Source of the DNA: an uncultured Muribaculaceae bacterium
GTDB lineage: Bacteria; Bacillota_I; Bacilli_A; RF39; UBA660
Reading direction: 5' to 3'
Assembly (NCBI GenBank): GCA_964397485.1
Contig: CAYNHT010000002.1
Span: forward strand, 73,743-137,742
Length of the DNA stretch: 64,000 nucleotides
Shown here: in pieces, positions 10,086 to 20,107 of the stretch
Position numbering within the stretch: position 1 is the stretch's first letter
Layout: each line of letters begins with the position of its first letter
Notes under the pieces: model-generated
Database searches by the model: none
What the model was told of the DNA's origin: nothing
What the model saw: only the letters and a program-made list of their open reading frames with translations
Program-made: the position numbers and the translations under genes

Positions 10086-11297
10086 CTACCATTTATATTT
10101 TTTGTATTTTTTCTTATAATTAATTCCTCTTAAAAACAAATATATTCTTCTTTTAATAGGCAAATCTTTTTTATAATATAAAGGATCAACAATTTTACCT
10201 TGTTTTATCAGTTTATTTATCTGTTTTTTTAGTGCATCACTTTCAACATATTTTCTTATTACAGATTTAGGAACAAAAGTCAAAAGCATTTTATCCTTTA
10301 TCAAGATTAGTGGCTTGTCTTCATCATATATCAAATCATCGACTAAACTCTTAACTAAATTATGCCCACAAGCTGCTAAATAATACCCACTTCTGGACTG
10401 ACGAGGATTAATTTCTAATACTTTATATTTTCCATCTCTACTATCATATTTCATATCAAATTCTGCAAATCCTTGATAGCCGATTGATTCCATAAAATCT
10501 TTTAATTTATAAACAATTTCTTCTTTATATCCATGTTCATCAAAACCATTAACTAAAACTGTACAATTACCTACTCCTGTATTAGTTTGTTCTTGTAGAC
10601 CGATTTGCGCAAATGTCATTATTTGAGCCTTTTTATTTTTGCTGCAATAAAACATTGAATCATATAAAGCCGAATCATCCCCAGGTATAAACTCTTGAAT
10701 AATCAAATTATCTACATAACCAGAATCCTCAATTGTTTTTACTGTTTGCAATAATTCATCTCTTGATTTTATTTTATAAACTTTACTTTTACCTGGAAAT
10801 TCGCACTTATAATACATAACACTGTTCCCGGGTTTTAAAATTAAAGGATACATAAATTCATCTGGTATTAACGGTCTTTCTGTACAAGAATATATAAATG
10901 TTTTCGGCATATCTAATCCACTGTTTGCAAACACAGTATAAAATTTATCTTTTATTAGTAAGTTATCTAACATTTCTAAATCCACATAGTTGAAAACAAA
11001 ATATTTACTCAAAAATTCCTTGTTTTCTATAATTAATCTCACATATGTGTCGTTTGTACCGATAAGTAATATTTTTTTGTTTTTATGTTGTAAAGTGAAC
11101 TCTTCTAATGTCTTTTTAAAAATATTATCATCCCATAAATTGGGTTCTATTTTTAAATTAATTATATTACTTAAAGAAGTAAATGCCATTGCTTGTTTAC
11201 CTATTAAATTAGCTTTTCTACCATATGCTTCATGATAACATCTAGCCATATAATAGGCATTTATATCTGTTCCAATTATTAAAACTTCAAAATCCAT
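10086..11297 (-). CDS. ATP-grasp carboxylate-amine ligase, D-aspartate ligase (Asl/YxbA) family
   Basis: GTDINAYYMARCYHEAYG N-terminus, YPLILKP, IIQEFIPGDD, FDMKYDSRDG..KVLEINPR. Confidence 0.82.
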   Translation of the reverse strand: MDFEVLIIGTDINAYYMARCYHEAYGRKANLIGKQAMAFTSLSNIINLKIEPNLWDDNIFKKTLEEFTLQHKNKKILLIGTNDTYVRLIIENKEFLSKYFVFNYVDLEMLDNLLIKDKFYTVFANSGLDMPKTFIYSCTERPLIPDEFMYPLILKPGNSVMYYKCEFPGKSKVYKIKSRDELLQTVKTIEDSGYVDNLIIQEFIPGDDSALYDSMFYCSKNKKAQIMTFAQIGLQEQTNTGVGNCTVLVNGFDEHGYKEEIVYKLKDFMESIGYQGFAEFDMKYDSRDGKYKVLEINPRQSRSGYYLAACGHNLVKSLVDDLIYDEDKPLILIKDKMLLTFVPKSVIRKYVESDALKKQINKLIKQGKIVDPLYYKKDLPIKRRIYLFLRGINYKKKYKKYKW

Positions 11298-11308
11298 CTT
11301 TTCACCTC

Positions 11309-12505
11309 TTATTTATATTCTTCTATATGAATAACTTTGTTATTTTTAACAAATACCCTAGGGACACTTTTTCCAATCATACACATTGTTTCATATACTG
11401 TTGTTTTTATATGTCTGCTTACTTCGCGGACAGAAATATCCTCGCCTATTAACATAACTTTATCATGAACTTTAACACTATCGTCAATTTTCACAATTAT
11501 CATTCCCATTCCTACTTCACCAATGATAGGAAATCGCTTTTTATTTATTAAAACTTCTCTTCCACTATTTCTCCTATTAAAACCATCGCCATAACCAATC
11601 GGTACTATTCCAACTTTCATTTTTTCTGTTGCTTTATAATAAGTTCCGTAACCTATATATTCTGACTGTTCTACTTTTTTTACTTGCATTATTTCACTAT
11701 ATAGTGAAAATGCAGGCTTTAAATTAATAGGACAATTTAAATTTGTGGGACTAATTTTATATTTTTTTATTCTCATTTTTGCCTTTAAAGCTCTTAGTTT
11801 TGCTTTTATTCCTGTTTGTGGCTTTGGTGTTTGATCAAATCCATACATAATTATTCCTAACCTAATCGCATTACATATATCTATTTTAGGGTGATTAATC
11901 AATGTGAGACTTTTTCCCATATGTACAATCGGAATTTGTTTTAAATCTATTTTTCTTGTTAATTTTTTAAATCTGCTAACCTGGTTATCCCATATTTTAT
12001 CACTTATACCAGGGGTCATAAAATGAGTATATATACCTTCTAATATAATATTTGGATGATTGGATAATTTTTCGTACGTATCTTTTATTTCATCCTCATC
12101 TTTTAATCCTAAACGATTCATACCAGAGTCTATTTTTAAATGGACTTTTAAATCGTGATTAATTTCAGTATCTAGTAGTTCTTTAAAGTATTCATAGTCA
12201 TGAACTGTAATCGTAATATTATTTTTTATACATACATCGATATAGTTTATATCAATTGGTTCTAGACACAAAATTGGAATATTATTATTCTTTTTTCTAA
12301 TACTAATAACTTCTTCTAATGTAGAAGCTGCTAAGTAGTTAATTCCACTATCAATTAAATCATTGACTATAAAATCATCATGACCATATGCATTTCCTTT
12401 AACCACTCCAATATAATATTGGTAATTTTTATAGTGATTTACAATCTGTTCAACATTATTCTTTAAGTTGTCTATATTTATTTGTACATAGGTATTTCTA
12501 TACAT
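11309..12505 (-). CDS. alr: Alr-family PLP-dependent amino-acid racemase, atypical active-site motifs
   Basis: VVKGNAYGH (PLP Lys), KIDSGMNRLG, IGYG (catalytic Tyr), PIGYGDG; start at MYRNTY. Confidence 0.8.
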   Translation of the reverse strand: MYRNTYVQINIDNLKNNVEQIVNHYKNYQYYIGVVKGNAYGHDDFIVNDLIDSGINYLAASTLEEVISIRKKNNNIPILCLEPIDINYIDVCIKNNITITVHDYEYFKELLDTEINHDLKVHLKIDSGMNRLGLKDEDEIKDTYEKLSNHPNIILEGIYTHFMTPGISDKIWDNQVSRFKKLTRKIDLKQIPIVHMGKSLTLINHPKIDICNAIRLGIIMYGFDQTPKPQTGIKAKLRALKAKMRIKKYKISPTNLNCPINLKPAFSLYSEIMQVKKVEQSEYIGYGTYYKATEKMKVGIVPIGYGDGFNRRNSGREVLINKKRFPIIGEVGMGMIIVKIDDSVKVHDKVMLIGEDISVREVSRHIKTTVYETMCMIGKSVPRVFVKNNKVIHIEEYK

Positions 12506-12600
12506 AATTACAAATCCTCTCATTTTAGTCTATACATAATTTGATTATAACATTTTTACTAATGATTGTAAACTCAAATACATAGTCGTTTGCATTAAAA

Positions 12601-12627
12601 AACTTATAAGATTAAGCCTTATAAGTT
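12601..12627 (-). terminator. terminator after asnB
   Basis: AACTTATAAG/CTTATAAGTT stem with U-tract. Confidence 0.55.
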
Positions 12628-12629
12628 AA

Positions 12630-14468
12630 TTATTTTATATCTATAAAATATACTTTATACCACAACAAGAATGCATATATTGTCCAAATTTTGCGACCAT
12701 TATTTTTTTTGTTATTGTAGTGATCATCTAATAATTTCAATATTTGTTCTTGGTCAAAAAATTCTTTTACAAAATTTTTCTTAAATAGTTGATATATTTT
12801 TTTATAGTATTTTTCTTCTTTTATCCATTGATAAAACGGAACAGGGAATCCTATCTTAGGTCTTTTTGCCCATTCATCTGGCAACACTTTGTTAGCCGTT
12901 TTTCTTAATATATATTTTGTTGTATTATTACTTATTTTATATTTTGTTGGTATTTTAGATGCTAAATTCATTACTTCTTTATCAAGAAATGGTACTCTTA
13001 GTTCTAACGAATGTGCCATAGTCATTTTATCAGCCTTAAGTAGTATATCTTGCGGTAACCACAAATGCATATCTAAGTATTGCATTTTTGTAACATCATC
13101 TTTATCCTTAACTTTATCAAAATAAGGTTTTGTTATTTCTTTAATAGTCTTACTCTTTTGATAATCCGGTTTTAATATTTCTTCCGCTTCTTTTTCGTCA
13201 AAAATATAAGCCTGACCAATATAGTAATCTTCAACTTCTAATCCATTTTTAGTCAAAAAGTTTCTTCCATGAAATTTAGGTAAAAATTTTGCAACTCTCC
13301 CTACACTTCTACGTAGTGTCTTTGGAAGTTTAAGATACTTTTCTTCTAATGCTGTTGCTCCATATGATGTATATCCACCAAACAATTCATCAGCACCTTC
13401 ACCAGACAAAACAACTGTAACATGTTCTTTAGCTAATTTGGATAGAAAATAAAGAGGTACTGCTGATAAATTAGCATGTGGTTCATCTGAATGATATTGG
13501 ACATTAGAAATTTCTTTAAAGAATTCTGCTTTATCTATTGTTTTATTAATATTTTCTATTTTCAACATTTTTGATAAGGCTACCGCATCATCCACTTCAC
13601 TAAAACCTTTATTAGCAAAACCAACCGAGAATGTTTTGTTTGGCATTAAAGATCTTGTTATATAACTAGAATCTATACCACCTGATAAAAAAGATCCAAC
13701 TTTAACATCACTAATTTTATGATATTCTACTGACTCAGCAACACATTTTTCTATATCTTTCATGTATGTTTCAAAATCTTTTTCTTTAGAAGAAAAATCA
13801 ATCTCATAATATTTATTTATTTCTAGGTTATCATTCTTATATTTTAAATAGTGTCCAGGCTCTAATTTAAAAACATTTTTAAAGAAAGTCTCATTTAAAA
13901 CTGAGTATTGAAAAGTTAGATACGGTCTTAATGCTTCTTTATTTATTTCTTTAACAAAAGCTGGATTAGGTAAAAAACTTTTGATTTCTGATCCAAACAT
14001 AAGAGTTTTATTCATTTTAGCATAATAAAATGGTTTTATTCCAAAAGGATCTCGTGCCGCAAATAGTTCTTGCTTGTTTATATCCCATATCACAAACATA
14101 AACATTCCACGTAATTTATCAACTATTTTTTCGCCATACTCTTCGTATCCATGAAGAATGACTTCTGTATCTGTTTTTGTTTTAAAAATGTGCCCTTTTT
14201 TAATTAAATCTTTTTTTATACTCTCATAATTATAGATTTCCCCATTAAAAACCAAAACAAGATTTCCTTCTTCGTTATACATTGGTTGACTACCATTATC
14301 CGATAAGTCAATTATACTTAATCTTCTAAACCCTAAGGCTATTTTTTTATCTACATATTTCCCACTACTATCAGGACCTCGATGTATAATTTTATTTAAC
14401 ATAGCATCAATAATTTTTTCTTTTTGTTTTGGGCTTTTGCTATTTAAAAATCCCGCTATTCCACACAT
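12630..14468 (-). CDS. asnB: asparagine synthase (glutamine-hydrolysing) / AsnH-type amidotransferase
   Basis: N-terminal MCGIAG, HRGPD, FNGEIYN, LSGGIDSS, LSGEGADELFGGY, ELRVPFLD. Confidence 0.93.
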   Translation of the reverse strand: MCGIAGFLNSKSPKQKEKIIDAMLNKIIHRGPDSSGKYVDKKIALGFRRLSIIDLSDNGSQPMYNEEGNLVLVFNGEIYNYESIKKDLIKKGHIFKTKTDTEVILHGYEEYGEKIVDKLRGMFMFVIWDINKQELFAARDPFGIKPFYYAKMNKTLMFGSEIKSFLPNPAFVKEINKEALRPYLTFQYSVLNETFFKNVFKLEPGHYLKYKNDNLEINKYYEIDFSSKEKDFETYMKDIEKCVAESVEYHKISDVKVGSFLSGGIDSSYITRSLMPNKTFSVGFANKGFSEVDDAVALSKMLKIENINKTIDKAEFFKEISNVQYHSDEPHANLSAVPLYFLSKLAKEHVTVVLSGEGADELFGGYTSYGATALEEKYLKLPKTLRRSVGRVAKFLPKFHGRNFLTKNGLEVEDYYIGQAYIFDEKEAEEILKPDYQKSKTIKEITKPYFDKVKDKDDVTKMQYLDMHLWLPQDILLKADKMTMAHSLELRVPFLDKEVMNLASKIPTKYKISNNTTKYILRKTANKVLPDEWAKRPKIGFPVPFYQWIKEEKYYKKIYQLFKKNFVKEFFDQEQILKLLDDHYNNKKNNGRKIWTIYAFLLWYKVYFIDIK

Positions 14469-14482
14469 AATCTTCCTCAATT

Positions 14483-16099
14483 CTATATATCTAAATTATC
14501 AAATTTCACTATTCTATTATTATTAACTGTTATCTTAACACTATCCCCAACTTTAGTAACATTCAATTCTTTACTAATAGTTGATGAAGCATAATATAAT
14601 TTTTTATCTTCCTTAATGATTATATAGTAATTAGTTTCTCCACCGCTTATGTCAAAACCAATTCTTTCGATTGTTCCTTCTATTTCTATATTATTTGTGT
14701 CATTAGGAACAGATTCTTTATCAAGAGCCTTTAAATATGAGTTTAAAGCACTATTTATCGTTTCACCATTACCTACAATTGAAAAATCTGTAATATTCAC
14801 AAATGCATATTGTTTTATTAATCCACTACTATCTTTCAAAGTTATAAAGAATGTCGGCTCATCGTATACATTTATCGTCACTGGAAAAGTAGCTTTGTAT
14901 CCAAAATTTTCAACTTTTCCTTGGGCTGACCTCATAGCAGAATATTCTGTTGCTCCTGTCATTTTGTAAAATGTTGTCTCCTTTGTCTTCGTATTTATAA
15001 AGACAAATCCAACAGTTGATTCATCAGCGCCACTACTAGTTAAGCCTGTATAGTGATATAAATTATTTTCATTATATACTCTTCTTGAACCATTTGTAGT
15101 ACGTACAATATCTTTTTCACCAAAAATAGTATTTAAATAACCATTTACATAATATCCCCAGTCATCTATTTGTTTTAAAACAATTTCCTTTGGATATATT
15201 GTATCTATCCATTCTGGAGCATCAGATGGTTTGTACTCTTTTACCTCACCTGTTTGCGCGTCTACCACCACCACACTTAAAATATCATCTCCACCATTGA
15301 TACCAATCGTTTTATGAGTTTTATTTATTATAAAATATGGTCTTCCTTCATCATCTAATTCAAATGTTGTTTTCACTAAAGCATTGTCCATGTTGCCATT
15401 ATAATAAGCATGGCGTTTTAAATTATTATTAAAGTAAGCAGATGATAAATATTTTAATTCTATTTTTTTATTGTTAATCTCTGTTACAAGTTCTACCTCA
15501 CCTGTTATTTTATCAACTTTAACATATCCGGGAGTACTTTTATTATTCATCCATTTGAAAAATCCATTAAATTCAAGTGGAGCTACCATGTACATTTTCC
15601 CTGCAACAACGATGTCACTAAATTCACCTACATGATATTCACTCCCAAGTCCACGCTCTGAACCTAATTTTTTATCACCTAATTTAGCTGCATAATCTGA
15701 ATCAACAATTGGTAATTCATTTTTTTCAACAATTGTAAATTCTGTTGTAAAATCTTTTTCATAAACTTCTCCTATTAATTGTTGATATTGCTTACTAAAA
15801 ATAAGCGGAGTAGAAGAAAATCCATGTATTAAAAGCACAGTAATTAGTCCACCAATTACATAAAAAACTTCTTTTTTAGGAATTTTAGTCTCAACTAATT
15901 CAGGACCTACTTTCATGTATTTTTTTTCAATTATGTTTTTATTAAAAGTAATATATACTAATCCTATTAAACTTATAAAAATGAAAAATACTTCAGTATA
16001 TCTCAAATTCAATGGTATTAACAGAAAATAATTTAGGATAGTTAGCGTTAACAATCCCCCTACAAACAAGCCTATTTTATTTAAAAAATCTTTCTTCAT
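14483..16099 (-). CDS. conserved hypothetical membrane protein (3 N-terminal TM, large extracellular domain)
   Basis: three hydrophobic segments, then beta-rich region (APEWIDTIYP, YTGLTS.GADES, GATEYSAM.SAQG); ends 14 nt before asnB start. Confidence 0.8.
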   Translation of the reverse strand: MKKDFLNKIGLFVGGLLTLTILNYFLLIPLNLRYTEVFFIFISLIGLVYITFNKNIIEKKYMKVGPELVETKIPKKEVFYVIGGLITVLLIHGFSSTPLIFSKQYQQLIGEVYEKDFTTEFTIVEKNELPIVDSDYAAKLGDKKLGSERGLGSEYHVGEFSDIVVAGKMYMVAPLEFNGFFKWMNNKSTPGYVKVDKITGEVELVTEINNKKIELKYLSSAYFNNNLKRHAYYNGNMDNALVKTTFELDDEGRPYFIINKTHKTIGINGGDDILSVVVVDAQTGEVKEYKPSDAPEWIDTIYPKEIVLKQIDDWGYYVNGYLNTIFGEKDIVRTTNGSRRVYNENNLYHYTGLTSSGADESTVGFVFINTKTKETTFYKMTGATEYSAMRSAQGKVENFGYKATFPVTINVYDEPTFFITLKDSSGLIKQYAFVNITDFSIVGNGETINSALNSYLKALDKESVPNDTNNIEIEGTIERIGFDISGGETNYYIIIKEDKKLYYASSTISKELNVTKVGDSVKITVNNNRIVKFDNLDI

Positions 16100-16179
16100 T
16101 ATCATCACCTTGTTTAATTATATCAATTTTTTCGACATTTAGTCAATGAAGATAAGCAAACAAACAAAAAAGAAGAAAA

Positions 16180-16392
16180 TTAATTTTCTTCTTGAGTAAG
16201 TCCGTATTTACGATTAAATTTCTCAACACGACCTGTTTTTGTTGCTTTTCCTTGTACTCCTGTAAAGAAAGGGTGACATTTGTCACATACTTCTAAGTGT
16301 AATTCTTCTTTGTTTGATTCCACTTCGAAAGTATTTCCACAAGCACATGATACCTTTGTTGTAATATATGTTGGATGTATTCCTTTTTTCAT
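16180..16392 (-). CDS. rpmE: 50S ribosomal protein L31, Zn-binding type
   Basis: [31 protein letters not shown]. Confidence 0.96.
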   Translation of the reverse strand: MKKGIHPTYITTKVSCACGNTFEVESNKEELHLEVCDKCHPFFTGVQGKATKTGRVEKFNRKYGLTQEEN

Positions 16393-16397
16393 AAATT

Positions 16398-16432
16398 TCT
16401 CTCCTTCCGCCATGACTAATTAAGTCATAGTA
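16398..16432 (-). promoter_or_regulatory. candidate L31 leader element
   Basis: ATGACT/AGTCAT hairpin followed by GGCGGAAGGAG into the RBS, resembling Bacillus rpmE leaders. Confidence 0.45.
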
Positions 16433-16483
16433 ATTTAATGCTTCTATATTATAGCAACTTTTTTATAACTAATCAATATTTTT

Positions 16484-17218
16484 TTATTTTTTAAGTAAAG
16501 TTTGTTCTATTTTTTCTATGATTTCGGTAGATATTACTTCATACCCCATTTTTGAAGGATGTATATCTAATGGATTCGGTAGATATTTTGTATTGTTTTC
16601 AATTATTTTATCAATTTCTATAAAATTAATATTATAGTTATTACACAGTGTTTTTAATTTATTATTAGTATACCTTATATAATTAATTACATCCTCATTA
16701 CTTAAATATAATGTAGGTACATAATAACCTAACACCATTATATCTTCCTTACAATATTCTTTTATTAACTTAAATAATTCATCCATATCTAGCATCATCT
16801 CATCTATATATTCATACATATTTTCTTTGTCCGTGTTATTAATTCCAATTGTGTATAGAAGATCGTTCAATCCAATTGACAACGTTACTAAATCAGCTTT
16901 TACTAAAGCATTTTTTATTGTTTGAGGTTTATCATCAATTATTATTTTCTTATTATCCTCAATATCGCGGGATAAATCTGATATTCTATATCCTTTTTCA
17001 CTGAATTGATTTATGTGTTTCTCAAACACATTCTTTTTAATTAAATAATCTCTTACATAATCAGTGTATCCATAATCACTGTTTCCATAAGGGGTTTGCC
17101 CCATAGCAAGTGAATCTCCCAGTGATAGGTAATATACTTTTTTATCAAGGGTAGTTAAATATATCAAAAAGACAAGCAAGGCAATAATACTAATGATCAA
17201 TATCGTTTTTATTCGCAT
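16484..17218 (-). CDS. SGNH/GDSL hydrolase with signal anchor
   Basis: LGDSL block I, SIGLND block III, DIHP block V. Confidence 0.9.
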   Translation of the reverse strand: MRIKTILIISIIALLVFLIYLTTLDKKVYYLSLGDSLAMGQTPYGNSDYGYTDYVRDYLIKKNVFEKHINQFSEKGYRISDLSRDIEDNKKIIIDDKPQTIKNALVKADLVTLSIGLNDLLYTIGINNTDKENMYEYIDEMMLDMDELFKLIKEYCKEDIMVLGYYVPTLYLSNEDVINYIRYTNNKLKTLCNNYNINFIEIDKIIENNTKYLPNPLDIHPSKMGYEVISTEIIEKIEQTLLKK

Positions 17219-17261
17219 TATTTTAACTCCTTCTAAAAAAATAGAGTTTAACTCTATTTAA

Positions 17262-18518
17262 TTATATTTCTTCTATATTTATTTTAGCACCAACGGCTTG
17301 TAATTTCTCAATGATATTTTCATATCCTCTTAAAACATGTTCAACTTCCGTTACGGTCGTTATACCTTCTGCTTGAAGGCCTGCTAATACCATACATGCT
17401 CCTGCGCGTAAATCAGTTGCCTCAACTTCACATCCTTTTAATACAGTAGGCCCATTTACTGCTATTTTTCGATCATCAATCATTGTTATTTTAGCACCCA
17501 TTTTGTTTAAATAATCTATATTCTTAAATCTATTTTCATAAATTGTTTCCTCCAAAGTAGATACTCCGTTACACATTACTAGTAAACTAGTAAGAGGTTG
17601 CTGTAAATCTGTAGGGAACCCAGGATATCCTAATGTTTTGACATTAATTGGTTTTATATTAGGAGTTCTTGATATATATAAAGAATCCTTCTCTAATGTC
17701 ATGTTAACTCCCATTTCCTTTAACTTTAATAATAAATTTTCTATATGTTCAGGAATAATATTTTCTATTTTTAAATTATCACCCATTAATGCTCCTGCAA
17801 TTATATATGTACCTGCTTCAATTCGATCAGGTATTACTTCTGCAAAACAACTACCTAATTTATCAACACCAGTAATTTTTATTTCGCTTGTTCCAGCCCC
17901 TGTAATCTTTGCACCCATATTATTTAAGAAAATAGCTACGTTAACAATTTCCGGTTCCTTAGCTGCATTTTCAATAATTGTTTCTCCTTCAGCTTTTACC
18001 GCAACTAAAATTGTATTTATTGTTGCTCCAACACTTGGCATGTCTAGATAAACATGGCCTCCTTTTAATTTATCAGCAAATACTGTATATTTATTGCCTT
18101 CCTCTATTACAGTAGCACCTAATGCTTTAAACCCTTTAAGAGTTTGATCTATTGGTCTTGCCCCAATTGCACATCCTCCAGGAAAATACATCGTTACTTT
18201 TTTATATTTACCTAATAAGGCAGACATAAAATAGTACGATGCTCTTAATTTACTTGATATATTTTCTGGAATTTCCTTGTTTTCAATACAACTAGCATCT
18301 ATTTCCATTGTTTCACCATTTCTTGAAACTTTAGCTCCTAAAAATTTAAGAATTTCATTTAGTGCTTCAATATCAGATATATTTGGAATATTATCAATCA
18401 CTACTTTCTCATCAGATAAAAGGGAAGCAGGGACTAGTGCAACAGCACTATTTTTGGCTCCGCTTATTTTTATGGTACCACTTAATGTATAACCGCCCTC
18501 GATTTTAATTTTTTTCAT
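17262..18518 (-). CDS. murA: UDP-N-acetylglucosamine 1-carboxyvinyltransferase (MurAB-type locus)
   Basis: SGAKNS, LRASYY, PGGCAIGARPID, YPGFPTDLQ, TDLRAGA; follows fba. Confidence 0.95.
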   Translation of the reverse strand: MKKIKIEGGYTLSGTIKISGAKNSAVALVPASLLSDEKVVIDNIPNISDIEALNEILKFLGAKVSRNGETMEIDASCIENKEIPENISSKLRASYYFMSALLGKYKKVTMYFPGGCAIGARPIDQTLKGFKALGATVIEEGNKYTVFADKLKGGHVYLDMPSVGATINTILVAVKAEGETIIENAAKEPEIVNVAIFLNNMGAKITGAGTSEIKITGVDKLGSCFAEVIPDRIEAGTYIIAGALMGDNLKIENIIPEHIENLLLKLKEMGVNMTLEKDSLYISRTPNIKPINVKTLGYPGFPTDLQQPLTSLLVMCNGVSTLEETIYENRFKNIDYLNKMGAKITMIDDRKIAVNGPTVLKGCEVEATDLRAGACMVLAGLQAEGITTVTEVEHVLRGYENIIEKLQAVGAKINIEEI

Positions 18519-18576
18519 GAGTTACCTCCACTTACTACTCCATTATATTAATATGTCTTTTTCTTAGTTTTGTGTT

Positions 18577-19428
18577 TTATGCTTTATCATTACTTCCTAG
18601 TAATTTAATTTTCTCTTTTACAGCTTTCTTTATTGCCGTCTCACCAGCTTTTATAATTTTTCTAGGATCATATATTTCTTTATTTTCATTTAAAAATCCT
18701 CTTACCGCATTAGTCCAGACTATTTGTAATTCCGTGTTTATATTTATCTTACAAATCCCACACTCTATAGCCTTTTTTATTTGGTAATCTGGAATTCCTG
18801 TGCCACCATGTAAAACTAATGGAAGATTAACCTCATTTTTAATTTCTTCCATTCTAGAGAAATTTAGATTCGGTTCACCTTTGTATAAACCATGCACACT
18901 TCCTAATGCAGGGGCAAGAAAGTCAATTTTAGTTTCAGCAACAAAATCAATACATTTATCAACTTCTGCATATAAAATTTCCATTGCTATCCCATCTTCT
19001 TCTCCACCTATGTGGCCTATCTCCGCCTCTACTGTTACATCATATTCTTTTGCATATTTAACAACATCGTTTGTTATTTGGATGTTCTTTTCAAAGTTTT
19101 CTCTAGATGCATCAATCATAACTGATGTAAATCCAGAATCAATTGCTTTAACACAATTATCATAACTACTTCCGTGATCTAAATGTAGGCAAACAGGAAC
19201 AGTTATATTTAATTCTTCAACCAAAGATTTTACTATATTAGCAACCGTTTTGTATCCTCCCATATATTTAGTAGCACCCTCACTTACTCCTAATATGACA
19301 GGACTATTATTATCTTGGCATTCTTCTAATATAAATCTTGTCCATTCTAAATTATTAATATTAAATTGACAAACAGCATATTGCTCTTTCATAGCTTTAT
19401 CTAACATCAATTTTGCATTTACTATCAT
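18577..19428 (-). CDS. fba: class II fructose-bisphosphate aldolase
   Basis: FNINNLE, LHLDHG, SVMIDAS, GSVHGLY, VLHGGTG, KININTE; start at MIVNAK. Confidence 0.94.
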   Translation of the reverse strand: MIVNAKLMLDKAMKEQYAVCQFNINNLEWTRFILEECQDNNSPVILGVSEGATKYMGGYKTVANIVKSLVEELNITVPVCLHLDHGSSYDNCVKAIDSGFTSVMIDASRENFEKNIQITNDVVKYAKEYDVTVEAEIGHIGGEEDGIAMEILYAEVDKCIDFVAETKIDFLAPALGSVHGLYKGEPNLNFSRMEEIKNEVNLPLVLHGGTGIPDYQIKKAIECGICKININTELQIVWTNAVRGFLNENKEIYDPRKIIKAGETAIKKAVKEKIKLLGSNDKA

Positions 19429-19525
19429 TTTTATTCCTCCTACATTAATGATAATATTATTTTTATTACTTGTCAAATAAAAAAAGGGATTTCTCCCTTT
19501 AGTTTACATGTTATTTTTGTCATTT

Positions 19526-20062
19526 TTATACTATTGTTATATATAAAATTCCTATAACAATTAATATACCTCCCCCTATTACAGTTGATAGAAATCCTAT
19601 TTTTTCATTGATTTTTTTTCCTATATTTAATCCCATATATGTGAAAAGAAAACTAGTTATAAAAAATATAGAAGCGCTAATCAAATAATTACTACTTATT
19701 GCATTAAATCCTGCACCTACTGAAAAACTATCTATACTTACAGTAAATGCAAATAAAATTAAGCCTTTTAAATCTAGCAATAATAGTTCCTCTTTCTTCT
19801 TAAATGAAGATATTATCATCTCTAGACCAATAAATCCAAAGATAACAGCTAGAACTATATGAGAAGGCATGTGAAGCCCATCTATTATAAATTCTCCTGC
19901 TAAAAAACCTAATAAAGGCATTATAAAATGGAATATACCAACCATTATGGATAATTGTTTTATTTTTCGCGGTTTTAAATTCAATGTCCCATAAACTAAG
20001 GATAAAGAAAAAGCATCCATACTAATACTCACTGCTATTATTAAAGTAGTAATTAAAATCAT
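19526..20062 (-). CDS. MntP/YtaF-family membrane protein (Mn efflux pump-like)
   Basis: SMDAFSLS and SIDSFSVG repeats, six TM; follows spoIIR like ywlD. Confidence 0.85.
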   Translation of the reverse strand: MILITTLIIAVSISMDAFSLSLVYGTLNLKPRKIKQLSIMVGIFHFIMPLLGFLAGEFIIDGLHMPSHIVLAVIFGFIGLEMIISSFKKKEELLLLDLKGLILFAFTVSIDSFSVGAGFNAISSNYLISASIFFITSFLFTYMGLNIGKKINEKIGFLSTVIGGGILIVIGILYITIV

Positions 20063-20107
20063 AAAAAACCTCCTTATAAATAATACTTTAAGGAGATTTG
20101 AATTATA

